Made by a program: the position numbers and the translations under genes
The notes under the pieces: generated by a model
Database searches by the model: none
Seen by the model: the letters and a program-made list of their open reading frames with translations, nothing else
Told to the model about the DNA's origin: nothing
Assembly (NCBI GenBank): GCA_012517065.1
Contig: JAAYVR010000068.1
Span: 268 to 64,267, forward strand
Length of the DNA: 64,000 nucleotides
Origin: Verrucomicrobiota bacterium
GTDB taxonomy: Bacteria > Verrucomicrobiota > Verrucomicrobiia > Limisphaerales > J093
Direction: 5' to 3'
Shown: one piece after another, positions 28,064 to 38,700 of the stretch
Position numbering within the stretch: position 1 is the first letter of the stretch
Layout: each line of letters opens with the position of its first letter

Positions 28064-31000
28064 TCAGTATCGGACGCGGAAATAACTTTCCTTGCCGGTA
28101 GGAACGACGATGTACGACGTGACGTTGCTGACGACGGGTGTCCATGAACCGCCCAGTGCGGAAGCGCGCAGCAATGTGGCTCTGCCGGGCCATGTGAGTT
28201 CGATGCCAGTTGAAGTGAGTTTGGTCCTGATGAGCTTCTCGCAAACGACGGTGACGTTGAAGTAACACGTGTTTGATTGCCCGGCGAGGCTGGTGGCGAC
28301 GTTGGTGACGGTGGTGGTACCGGCTGGGAAGAAACTGCCGGATGGCGGCGTCGAGACGACTGTGACGTTGGTGTCGTAAGTTGTCCGAGCGGTGACGGTG
28401 AATTCGACGAATGCGCCGCCGTTGGTGGTGCAATTGGCGACGATCTCTTTGGGACAAGTGATTGTGACCGGCGAGGGATCAAGCACGGTAAACAGCACAG
28501 TTGCTTCGCCCTCGTTGCCCGTTGAATCCGTGCTGGTGATTGTAAGCCGGTGGACGCCGGGGCCGAGCAAAGTGCCGGCGGGTGGGTCCTGTGTTGGTTT
28601 GCCGACCTCGGGAGAACAATTGTCGGCTATTTGGACTCCGCCCACAATGCTTGGGACGGGGGCTTGACCGGGGGTGTTGGGGTAATTGTTCACGTTATCG
28701 GTGAATGCAGCGGTGGCTGGGGTGATCTGCGGGCCGGCAACATCGCCGAAGTAGAAGCAGGCGGGATGACCGTAGGAATCATATTCTGCCCAGCCGTACA
28801 CGGAGGCGCCAAAAGGCTGATCGCCGCTGACGATGTGCGAGCCGACTGTGACGGGCACGCGGGCGAATGAGTATGTTGTGCCGGGTATTGCTGAGAAACT
28901 GGCGGCGCCGATTACGACGCCGTCGAGGCGGACGCCGCCGACGGCTGCGGTTGGCGAGATTATCTGGAGATAATTGGTTGGGAAATCGTTTGTGGGGGTC
29001 GAGAAGAGGTAGGCGGTGGTGTAATGGCGAACGGCTTGGACCTGGGACATGAACGGATCGGAATTGACGACGCCGTCGTAGTCGGAGCTATTGGCGAATT
29101 GAGCGACGAGGACGGGTTTGGTGGCTGTGATTCGGGAAGCGAAAGCCAGTTGCATTTGGTGGAACTGGCCACGGTTGAGATTTGTGACGGGGACACCGTT
29201 GACAGCGACAGTCGTGGCATTGTATGCGGCGAGGACTCTGAAGACATCGCCATTTGAGCGCGTTGCCAGTGGCGCGGTGTAGAAGTCGTTGCCCCAAGTA
29301 TTGACCGGCAGGAGTTGTTCGACAAGGTGATCGCAGTACCAGAAGCTGCTGGATGAAACGCTGGTGCAGAGATGGCTTCCGAAGACAGCGATAGGTTTAT
29401 CGGATTTGATCAGCGTGCCTGTGAGGTCGGCCGGTGCTTCGCTTGTGTTGCGGAGCTGATAAGTTTCGCCTGGCTGCATGAGCAGCTCATAGGGGACGTT
29501 CGCGGGGTGCACACCGGTTCCGACTGAGGGAACGATGGTCACGACGGTGTCAGGTTCGGCCGCGGCGATAACGAACTGTGTACCATTAAGAAGCGGCACA
29601 TCAGTGAGAACGTTTCCGTATGCCATGACAACGTAACGCGTGCCAATAACAGACGCGGGGAGTGCCTGGTAGCTGTCGGTGGTGTAACGTGCGTGGTTGA
29701 ACGCAGTGACACCGACGTCTTCCGATGCGATCAAATGGACGCCTTTCTTTGTGATCTCGTCGTTGGAATCGCCGAGTTCAGCATTGCGTGGCAGTTGAAC
29801 AACGGCCAGCCGGCTGGCAGGAATGGCGAAGTTCGTGCTGAATCCAATTGAATCGATGGTTATTTTACAGGTTGTTCCGGGGACACCGTGGACATGGAGG
29901 TTGAGCTGAGGCGGGTTTGCCGGGTCGGGCGCGTAATTACCGGGGAATGCGAGCCAAAACTCGCGGCCGATACAACCGAGATCGCACCGTTCACGATCGG
30001 TAATGACCGAGACCAGGTGATCTTCGACCTCTCCGTCCGGGGCGAGGCCAACGAAGTCGAGGTCAGGCCCTTGCACGGTGAATCGCCAACGTGAGTAGGT
30101 CCTGCCGGTGACAGCGTTTTGGGGGACGCTAAATGTGAGCGTATTGGGTCCCGAGACGAGAGCGGTGCCCGCGAAGACTTTCTCGCCTGGATCAGCCCAT
30201 GAACCGTTTCGGTTGAAATCGATCCATGCGTACAAACGGCCAGCGCGCGATGCGGTTACCTGGACGGTTGCGGTGCGGCCGGAAATAAGGGGACCGGCAA
30301 AGACCACGCCGTCTTCGTCGTCGGCGTCGGGGGTGGGATGTATATCGTCACCATCGGCGGCGGCTGAGGGTTGGCCGTCTGGTTCGAGGTCTATTCGCTG
30401 GCCGAGGTTATGATCGCGCAGGTAAGCGTGACGTGCGCCGTTGTCTTTGAGCAAAGTCGGGTATGGAGCTGGTGCGTCACCGAAGTCGAATGGTTGCTCG
30501 ATATTGACCTTGTAATCCTCGACTTCGCCGTTGCTGGCTTCGCCGACGAAACTTAGTTTTCCCTGCACGCTGATGCGGAACCGGGCGAAGGTGGGGCCGG
30601 CTTTGGCATTTGCGGGGACAGTGAACGCGAGCAGGTTGACGCCAGCGACGACTGATTTCGAAGTGAAGACTTGCTCACCGGCATCGGCCCAACTGCCGTT
30701 GGCGTTGAAGTCGATCCACGCGTCGATCAGAGCGCGGTCAAAACTGCCCGACGCGGTTATTTGGACCTGGGCTTCTTGGCCGGCGTAAAGAGGAGTGACG
30801 AACACGACACCGTCTTCATCATCCGGGAGGTCGGGTGGGTTTTTATCGTCGCCGAGTGCTTCGGGTTCGGGTTGACCGTCTTCTTCGGTATCGAGTTGGG
30901 AACCGAGGCGGGGGCCGGTGGGTGAATGCCGAGCGCCGTTGTCTTTGAGTGTGGTTGGGTACGGAGGTGGAGCGTCGCCGAAGTCGTAGCGCGGGCGAGT

Positions 31001-32614
31001 GATAGTAACGATGTAATCCTCGACCTCGCCGTTGTTTGCTTCACCTGTGAAACTCAGTTTTCCATTTATGCTGATGCGGAAACGGGCGAAGGTGGTGCCG
31101 ATTCTGGCGTTCTCAGGGACTGTGAACGCAAGGAGGTTGACGCCTGCGGTGACTGACTTGGAGGTGAAGATTTGCTCGCCTGGGTCGGCCCAACTGCCAT
31201 TGGCGTTGAAGTCGATCCATGCGTCGATCAGAGCGCGGTCAAAGCTGCCCGACGCGGTTATTTGGACCTGGGCTTCTTGGCCGGCGTAAAGAGGAGTCAC
31301 GAACAAGACACCGTCTTCATCATCCGGGAGGTCGGGTGGGTTTTTATCGTCGCCGAGTGCTTCGGGTTCGGGTTGACCATCTTCTTCGGTATCGAGTTGG
31401 GAACCGAGGCGCGGGCCGGTGGGTGTATGCCGAGCGCCGTTGTCTTTGAGTGTGGTTGGATACGGAGGTGGAGCGTCGCCGAAGTCGTAGCGCGGACGAG
31501 TGACGGTAACCATGTAGTCCTCGACCTCACCGTCTGGCGAATAACCGATAGGCGAAGTGACGCCCTGGTTGCTGAGTCTGAATCTGGCGTAAGTTGTGCC
31601 CGGCGTGGCCGTGGACGGGACGGTGAAGTTTATGACGGTGTTGCCCGCGTAGATGAGATAGTTGGTGCAGATTTGTTCGCCGGCGTCGGTCCAGCTTTGA
31701 TTGAGGTTGAAATCGATCCATGCGTCGAGGTAACCGCGGCCTGGAGCGACAGCGCCCGGGGCGGTGAGATAGACCTGGATCGAGGCGGTTTTTCCGGGCT
31801 CGAGGGCAGTGAGGAACGTGACGCCGTCTTCGTCATCGGCGACGCCGGGAGGATTATTGTCGTCGCCGAGAGCGTTGGCATCTGGTCGGCCGTCGGATTC
31901 GGCATCGATGGCAGTTCCGAGACAGAAGTTATTTGTGATGGCGTGTCTTGCACCATTGTCAGCCAAAGTGGTGGGGTACTTGTAAGGGGCATCGCCGTAA
32001 TCGTAGAGCGGCTGAGAGATTGCGACGGCGTAATCCTCGACCTCACCGTTGCTTGCTTCACCTGTGAAACTCAGTTTCCCACTTATGCTGATGCGGAAAC
32101 GGGCGAAGGTGGTGCCGATTTTGGCGTTCTCAGGGACTGTGAACGAGAGGGTGTTGACGCCGGGGCTGACGGATTTGGAGATGAAGATTTGCTCGCCTGC
32201 GTCGGCCCAACTGCCATTGTCGTTGAAATCGATCCATGCATCGATGAGAGCGCGGTCGAAGTTGCCAGAGGCGGTTATTTGGACTTGAGCTTCTTTGCCG
32301 GGAGAGAGGGGGGTTAGGAAGACGACGCCGTCTTCGTCATTAGCGGCACCGATTGGGTATCTGTCGTCGCCATCGGCTTTAGCGGTTGGTTGGCCGTCTA
32401 GTTCTGAATCGACCAAGGACCCGAGTCTTGGGCCGGCGATAGTATGGTGCGCGCCGTTTTCTTTGAGTGTGGTAGGGTACGGGGATGGGGCGTCACCGAA
32501 GTCGAGCGCCCTGGTTTGCGTGAGTGCGGTGTTGGGCAGGAGCAAAGCGATGCCCGCTGCCAGGAGCGGTGGGAATTGCACTGCCGCCAAAAGGAATGTG
32601 TGCTTAGCTTTCAT
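28064..32614 (-). CDS. Secreted 1516-aa protein: five GEVED domains, an IgGFc-binding-N-terminal-like domain, HYR-like domains and a C-terminal FYRV-type tail
   Basis: Signal peptide MKAKHTFLLAAVQFPPLLAAGIALLL. Five ~167-aa units each begin FGDAP.PYPT and end GEVED[YH]. The middle region reads REFWLAFPGNY... HYR-like segments include ITCPKEIVANC...TCYFNVTVV. The protein ends ESYFRVRY. Confidence 0.8.
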   Translation of the reverse strand: MKAKHTFLLAAVQFPPLLAAGIALLLPNTALTQTRALDFGDAPSPYPTTLKENGAHHTIAGPRLGSLVDSELDGQPTAKADGDDRYPIGAANDEDGVVFLTPLSPGKEAQVQITASGNFDRALIDAWIDFNDNGSWADAGEQIFISKSVSPGVNTLSFTVPENAKIGTTFARFRISISGKLSFTGEASNGEVEDYAVAISQPLYDYGDAPYKYPTTLADNGARHAITNNFCLGTAIDAESDGRPDANALGDDNNPPGVADDEDGVTFLTALEPGKTASIQVYLTAPGAVAPGRGYLDAWIDFNLNQSWTDAGEQICTNYLIYAGNTVINFTVPSTATPGTTYARFRLSNQGVTSPIGYSPDGEVEDYMVTVTRPRYDFGDAPPPYPTTLKDNGARHTPTGPRLGSQLDTEEDGQPEPEALGDDKNPPDLPDDEDGVLFVTPLYAGQEAQVQITASGSFDRALIDAWIDFNANGSWADPGEQIFTSKSVTAGVNLLAFTVPENARIGTTFARFRISINGKLSFTGEANNGEVEDYIVTITRPRYDFGDAPPPYPTTLKDNGARHSPTGPRLGSQLDTEEDGQPEPEALGDDKNPPDLPDDEDGVVFVTPLYAGQEAQVQITASGSFDRALIDAWIDFNANGSWADAGEQVFTSKSVVAGVNLLAFTVPANAKAGPTFARFRISVQGKLSFVGEASNGEVEDYKVNIEQPFDFGDAPAPYPTLLKDNGARHAYLRDHNLGQRIDLEPDGQPSAAADGDDIHPTPDADDEDGVVFAGPLISGRTATVQVTASRAGRLYAWIDFNRNGSWADPGEKVFAGTALVSGPNTLTFSVPQNAVTGRTYSRWRFTVQGPDLDFVGLAPDGEVEDHLVSVITDRERCDLGCIGREFWLAFPGNYAPDPANPPQLNLHVHGVPGTTCKITIDSIGFSTNFAIPASRLAVVQLPRNAELGDSNDEITKKGVHLIASEDVGVTAFNHARYTTDSYQALPASVIGTRYVVMAYGNVLTDVPLLNGTQFVIAAAEPDTVVTIVPSVGTGVHPANVPYELLMQPGETYQLRNTSEAPADLTGTLIKSDKPIAVFGSHLCTSVSSSSFWYCDHLVEQLLPVNTWGNDFYTAPLATRSNGDVFRVLAAYNATTVAVNGVPVTNLNRGQFHQMQLAFASRITATKPVLVAQFANSSDYDGVVNSDPFMSQVQAVRHYTTAYLFSTPTNDFPTNYLQIISPTAAVGGVRLDGVVIGAASFSAIPGTTYSFARVPVTVGSHIVSGDQPFGASVYGWAEYDSYGHPACFYFGDVAGPQITPATAAFTDNVNNYPNTPGQAPVPSIVGGVQIADNCSPEVGKPTQDPPAGTLLGPGVHRLTITSTDSTGNEGEATVLFTVLDPSPVTITCPKEIVANCTTNGGAFVEFTVTARTTYDTNVTVVSTPPSGSFFPAGTTTVTNVATSLAGQSNTCYFNVTVVCEKLIRTKLTSTGIELTWPGRATLLRASALGGSWTPVVSNVTSYIVVPTGKESYFRVRY
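30479..31483 (-). repeat. Intragenic tandem duplication (2 x 501 bp) covering GEVED domains 3 and 4
   Basis: Long identical nucleotide runs at a 501-nt offset (for example 30781-30990 vs 31282-31490). The antisense ORFs 30531-30788 and 31032-31289 are near-identical. The encoded domains are about 90% identical. Confidence 0.85.
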
Positions 32615-32703
32615 AGGCTGGCTTATCCGCTGTGCGGAGCGCGTCTGTCGGGTTGAGACATAGAAGATGTGGCTGTGTACGGGGTGCTTTTCATGTGGAG
32701 GTG

Positions 32704-35700
32704 TTAGAATGAGAACTCGACTGTTGAAGCCACTAACAGGGTGAGTTTCAAGTTGGTAAACAGTTGTTGGGTGGTAATGTGCAGGTTCACTGTCAGACCG
32801 CTGGGTCCGATGCCCAAGAGGGTATCCGCGAAACCTTGAGCGGCATCCTCGCGGAGGGTGTCTTCGCCCTGGTCAAAGCTCAGGTCGAAGATATACGTAT
32901 CGTTGCCGTAGCCACCGAAGAGGCTGTCGTTGCCGCCGTTACCGCGGAGTGTATCGTCGCCGGCGCCGCCGACCAAGATGTCGTTACCGCTACCGCCATA
33001 GAGCGTGTCGTTACCGCCCATTCCGACGAGCGATGCAATGCCCGAGAACATGGTAGCGTCGATGATGTTGTTGGATTTGCCGCCGACCAGGAGAGCTGCG
33101 CGGATGTCGATCAGTGTGTCAGTTTCGGTGCCTATTCTGAGGGATGCGTCACTGAGTTCGAAGTTGGCGTCGCGTGTTTCCCAGATTGTGTCGAGTGTGC
33201 CGCCGTTGCCAATGATCAAGTCGTCGCCAAGTCCGCCGATGAAGATGTTGTTCAGGTCGTTGCCGATGAGGACGTCGGCGTTGCGGGTGCCAATGATATT
33301 CTCGATTGCGTTGTCGTCTGAGAGGGTGAGCTTGAGGTTAGTAGCGTGCACGGTTTGCTGGGTCGTGAGTGAGAGATCGCCGATGACGCCTGTGGAAGTT
33401 GTGGCTGAAAAGTCGAGAGTGTCGAATCCGCCGGCGGCACCGGGCGACTCGAGGATGAAGTCCTCTCCGAGGGCGTCATCCACGTTGAAGCGGTAAGTAT
33501 CATCCCCGCCGTTACCGCTGAGGATATCGTCACCTGCTCCGCCGACGAGGACATCCTTGCCGGAACCGCCGGATAGGAAGTCGTTGCCGCCGAGGCCGAT
33601 CAATGTTGTTTGGCCGGTGAAGGCCGAGGCATCGATGGTGTTGTCGGAGGAGCCGCCGGTGAGGACAGCCTTTTGGATGCTCGAGAGGGTTGTCGAGACA
33701 CCTGCGATGGTGATCTCGGTGTCGGTGAGTGTGAAGTCGGCGTCGGCTGTTTCTACGATTGTGTTTGTACCGCCAGCGCCATGGATGAAGTTCTCGCCGG
33801 GCCCGCCGGTAAACGTATTGTCGAGGTCATTGCCGAGGAGCATGTCGTCGCCCGAGCCACCGATTATGTTTTCGATGTCAGGCAGAAGGAAGTAGAAGTA
33901 CAGCTCATCCGTGGCGGCAGTTTGTGTGGAGCCGAGGGTGCTGAGGTCGATTGTGAGGTCGAGGGCGAACGCTGACAAATCCAACGTATCGATGCCGTTG
34001 TCAGTGCCGTCGGAGTTGCCACCCACAACCACGTTGATATCCATTCCTGCCTGGCCGTCTTGAAGGAAGATGAATAGGTCATCACCGTCGCCGCCTTCGA
34101 GCCAGTTTGCGCCGGGGCCGGGCATGATTATGTCGTCGCCGGCTTTGCCGTAGATGAATGCCGCGCCCGTGAAAGCCGAAGCATCAATGGTGTCATTGTT
34201 GGCGGTGCCAACGATGAATGCTTGTTCGACCGAGTCGAAGAAAATAGAGCTGTCGCTATTAGTGAATGTGACGCTTGAATTAGTGATCGTTGTTGAGCTG
34301 CCGGGTTGTGTGGGGTCTGTTGGGGTTGGGATATTGAGTTTGACGGTGTCGGTGCCGCCAGCAGCTTGGATGATGAGGGAACCGGTGGTCCATCCGCTGA
34401 CGTCGAAACTGTCATCATTAGCGCTGCCGACCATGACAGCCGTTTCGATTCCGATCAGCGTATCGACATCTATGATCGACTTGTCGATTGGGAACGGTAT
34501 TGGATCGTGTTGTGTGATGAAGAGTAGATTATTCTGGAGGACGAAGCTGACCTTCCATGTGACAGCAGAGAGGTCTTCAGCGATCGAGTTGTCGCCGGCA
34601 CCGCCGTCGAGGATGTCGTTGCCGCCGTTGCCGGTGAGGGTATCATTGCCGGGGCCGCCGCGGAGGATGTCTGCGCCTGAACCGCCGATCAGGGTATCAT
34701 TGCTCTCGTTGCCGACGAGGGTAGCTCGACCGGAGAAGTTGGACGCGTCCAAGCTGTTGTCGTTTTGGCCGCCGACTAGAGTTGCGCGTTCGACTGAGGA
34801 CAGAGTCATGGACGCTGAGGTGGCGCCGGTGGTCATTGTCACGGAGGTGTCAGTGAGGATGAAATTGGCATCAGCTTCCCAGACGATGGTGTCGATTCCG
34901 GCCGCGCCATTGATGGAGCCGGTACCTGTCCAGCCTGTGAGGGTGAAAGAGTCTGCTCCGGGACCGCCTGTTAGATTGGCGATTTCGATACTGTCGAGTG
35001 AATCTTCTTCTATTCCGCGTATGAGCTTTTTGTTTGTGAGGGTGAAACTGGCGTTTGCGGATTCGTCAATTCTGTCTGTGCCCTCGCCGCCGAGGAGGGT
35101 ATCATTGCCGGGTCCACCGTCGAGGATATCGTCACCGTTCTTGCCATCGAGCAGGTCCACTCCGGGTCCGCCGTGGAGGATGTTGTTGTTGCCGTTGCCA
35201 CGGATGACGTCGTTTAGCGCGCCGCCGAAGACTTCCTCGATGCCTTCACCGACCAACTTGAGCTGGAGGTTAGCGTTGACAGCTTGGAAAGCGTCGAGAA
35301 TGCCCATGTTAAGGTTGATTTGTTGGCCGGTTGTGGGCGAGAAATCGAGGGTGTCGGTTCCCGGGTCGGACAATAGCTCGACGATGGTTTCACTGCCCCA
35401 AGCGAGGTCAGTATCAAAGACATAAGTTTCGTTTCCGGGGCCGCCTGCGAGCAGGTCATCGCCGGGTCCGCCGATGAGGACATTATCGAGGGCGTTGCCG
35501 TAGAGTTTGTCATTGCCAAAGCCGCCTGTGACGTTTTCGAGGTAATCTTTGAGTATGAGGGTGAGGTTGCCGTTGACGTCCTGAGTTGAGTTGAGCGTTT
35601 CGAGGTGAACGATGAGCTCGGCGACGGTGCCGGTGAAATCGAGAGTATCGGCGCCGCCGTTCCCGGTAACGGTGATGGTATCGAGTGGTGAATCTGCGAG

Positions 35701-38700
35701 GAACTGGAAGGTATCGTTGCTTGAACCGCCAATGTAGGTGTCATTGCCTTTGGTTGCGACGAATGTTACTGGGCGGGAATAACCTGCTGCGTTGATTGTG
35801 TTGGAGCCGTCACCGCCTGTCAGGACGACATTTTCGAGGGAGCTGAGGTGATAAGTCACGCTTGTTGGCAGGTTGATCGAGGCATCTTTTCTGAAACCAT
35901 AGAGGTAGGCGAACACAATCTTTTCGTAATTGGACGCGTCCTTGAGGATCATGTCGGTGTCGCTTTCGACGACGAGCGTGTCGTTGCCGCCTGCGCCATC
36001 GATGAAAGCTGTGGTGGTCCAACCCTTGAGTTCGAAGCGGTTGGCCTGGCTGTCGCCGGTGAGCTTTGCCACTTCGAAGGTATCGTGGAGAATGTGTTCG
36101 TTCAGTGTGACATATGACCCGAGCTGTATTTGTTGATGAACAAGGGAGGTGGGAGACAAGACGATGCCAGCAACACTCCGGACGGAAATGACAGTATCTT
36201 TTCCATGATCTCCGCGAATATCGTCGTCGCCCTGGCCGACGGTGATCTCGTCGTCGCCGAGGCTGCCCATCACGATATCGACTCCATCGCCGCCGGCGAG
36301 GACATCGTCGCCCAACTGGCCGTCGATGTAGTCTGCGCCGATGCCAGCGTCGATGGTGTCATTGCCCGGGCCACCGAAGAGGCGGATGTGACCGAGCTTT
36401 TCTGGGGGTTCGATACCGGTACCGTCTTGGTATTCAGCGACGACTGCGTAACCGGGGATGTTGCCAGAGTCGCCAAGGATGATGTCCCAGTCTAGGCCGC
36501 CCTGGATGTTGTCGTCGTCTGAGATGGTCGGGTTTGCCTCGCCTACGATATACACGGTGGCGGTGTCGTAGGGTCTGCCTGTGGCGTCGTTCAGAGTGAG
36601 GGTGAAATAGCGGAATTCGGTGAATCCAAGGTGGCGATTGAAGACACGTATGCGGAGCGTTTTGACCTGTTCACCGACGTCGAAGACGAGTACAGCGATT
36701 GTGGCTTCGTAATTGCGGGTGAGGTCGGGTGATGATTTGGCGCCGTTTGGGCCTGTGCCGTCCTGGGTCTTAACCACGACGACGCCGGGGACGGAGGTAT
36801 CTTTGCGGGTGACGATGATTTCGACGTAGCCGGGCTTCACTTCTGAGACGCTGTATGTGGCACGGCTGAACTGGTAGGTGCTGCCAAGGGTCAGAGCGCT
36901 GGTCGAGATCACACCGGCGTCTATTGATGTTTTTGTTGGGGACGCTGCGCTGATTGCGATCGCACGGGTGCGATTGACGAATTCGGCGTCACTGTCGGTG
37001 CCGGTGGTATCTTTGTCAGGATCAGGGTCTCCTTGGTTGGGCTCGACGAACGTGTAGCCATCGGGGAGCTCGAATTGGACGACGTATTTTGTCTCTACGG
37101 TTGGATGGTCGGAGTCAACAAAGAGGTTTGTGAACAAGTATTTGCCGTCGGTGGAGAAGACAGCGTTGACGGGGTTACCAACTTCGTCGAGCAGGACCAC
37201 GAGCACGCCTTCAGTGAAGAGAGTGTCACCAAGGTTCTGGACGTTGTTGCCGTTCCCATCGAGCCAGATTTCGCCGCTGATTGCGCCGGGGAACAATTGG
37301 GGTGTGACGGAAAAGATCGGGCCGCTGTCGTAAATTGGGTGGAGCTGAGTTCCGGCGGGCAGGCCATATACCGCGTGGAGGTCGGTGTCTTTGGTGACAG
37401 TTACGACAGTTGCGTTGTAAGCGGTATTGTTGACCGGCATGTGGGAGTCGGTGGCGGTTTGCCAGTGACCACCGATGACGTGGTCATCGCCTGCGCCGGC
37501 GTCGATGGTATCGTTGCCGGGGCCGCCGAAGATTGTGTCATCGGTGCCGCCCCGGCCTACGGCTTTGGCTTTTTCTGGGAGGGTGAAACTGAAGCTGTTC
37601 TTGTAACCGACCGGTGTGAACGGGGATATGCCGACAACACCGTCGAACTTTTCTGCCTGAACCTCATTGTTCGTAGTAGTTACATACGAACCTGAACCGA
37701 AGAGTGGGAACAGAAGGGTTGGCCACAAGTCCTGGAACGGTGATTTGACGGTGGTGCCATCGACAGAGATTGAGACCTGGCCGAGGGCAACGTTGGCGGT
37801 GTACTTGCCGGCATCGATTCCTTTGGCTGTCTTGACGGTGGTCTGTTTATGGATGCCACTCTGCATCCAAGTGATTGTGACGGAGACATCAGCAATGCCG
37901 TTTTCACCGATGTCGAGAAAACCGTTGCCGTTGGTATCATAGAAAACCATTCCTTCAACAGGATACAGGTCATCGTCATAGATTGGGCATGCGGCGATGA
38001 AGTCTTTCTTTGCGAGAGTGGCGCGGACAGGGCTGCTGAGTCGGACGTAGAATTGCTCGGTCAATTCCGGGTCTGCATCGCGTGTGATTATCACCTCGAC
38101 AGTTGTGCTTGTACCGTGCTCTGGGATGGAGGCTGTGCCTGAGGCGAAGGTGTAATCGTCGCCTGTCAAAGCTGTGCCGCGCACAGTGGCCCAGTCAACG
38201 GTCACGCCGCCGGGCGGGGCGGGTTTATCGAGGCTGATTGTGAACTTTGCGGTGGTCGAACCCGGGCCAGTACCTTCGTTGACGCCGTAAACCACTTTGA
38301 AGCGCTTCTCGACGTCGTCGTAGAAGATGCCGATCAGGGGGGCGCGGATGGAAACCACGGGAACGTCGGCATCGTGTATGGTCAGGGTTGCGGTGTCAGG
38401 AGCGGCTCGGACATTGCCGCCGGTTGGGTTGCGGAGGTACAAGAACACTGTTTCGTCGCCCTCGGACAGGTCGTCGGCGTATATTGGTATGCGCACGGCC
38501 TTGGTTGTTTCATTGCCGGCGAAATAGACGAGCTGGCGGAAGAGCGCGCCGTAATCGGCGCCGGCTGTGGCGGTACCGTTTGTGGTGTAGAAGACCGCGA
38601 CTGGTTGTGAGGAACCCGGGGTGCGATGGATTGTGATGTTGGCGTACGCGATGCCCGAGTCTGGTTCTTGCACTTCATAGTCCAGGCTTCCGAAGAAAAC

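Noticed and set aside
30479-31483. Diversity-generating retroelement (template/variable repeat) explanation for the near-identical GEVED repeats
   Set aside because: No reverse transcriptase or accessory gene is in the window. Both copies are in-frame domains of the same ORF. Simple tandem duplication explains them. Adenine-specific mismatch bias was not evaluated quantitatively.
34154-35425. Long plus-strand ORFs inside the giant genes (for example 34154-35425, 42541-43836, 40675-41466, 31172-32317, 37033-37695)
   Set aside because: They are antisense to uninterrupted, domain-rich minus-strand ORFs. GC-rich, repetitive GGxGxD and Thr/Gly codons keep the opposite frames open. No motifs were seen.
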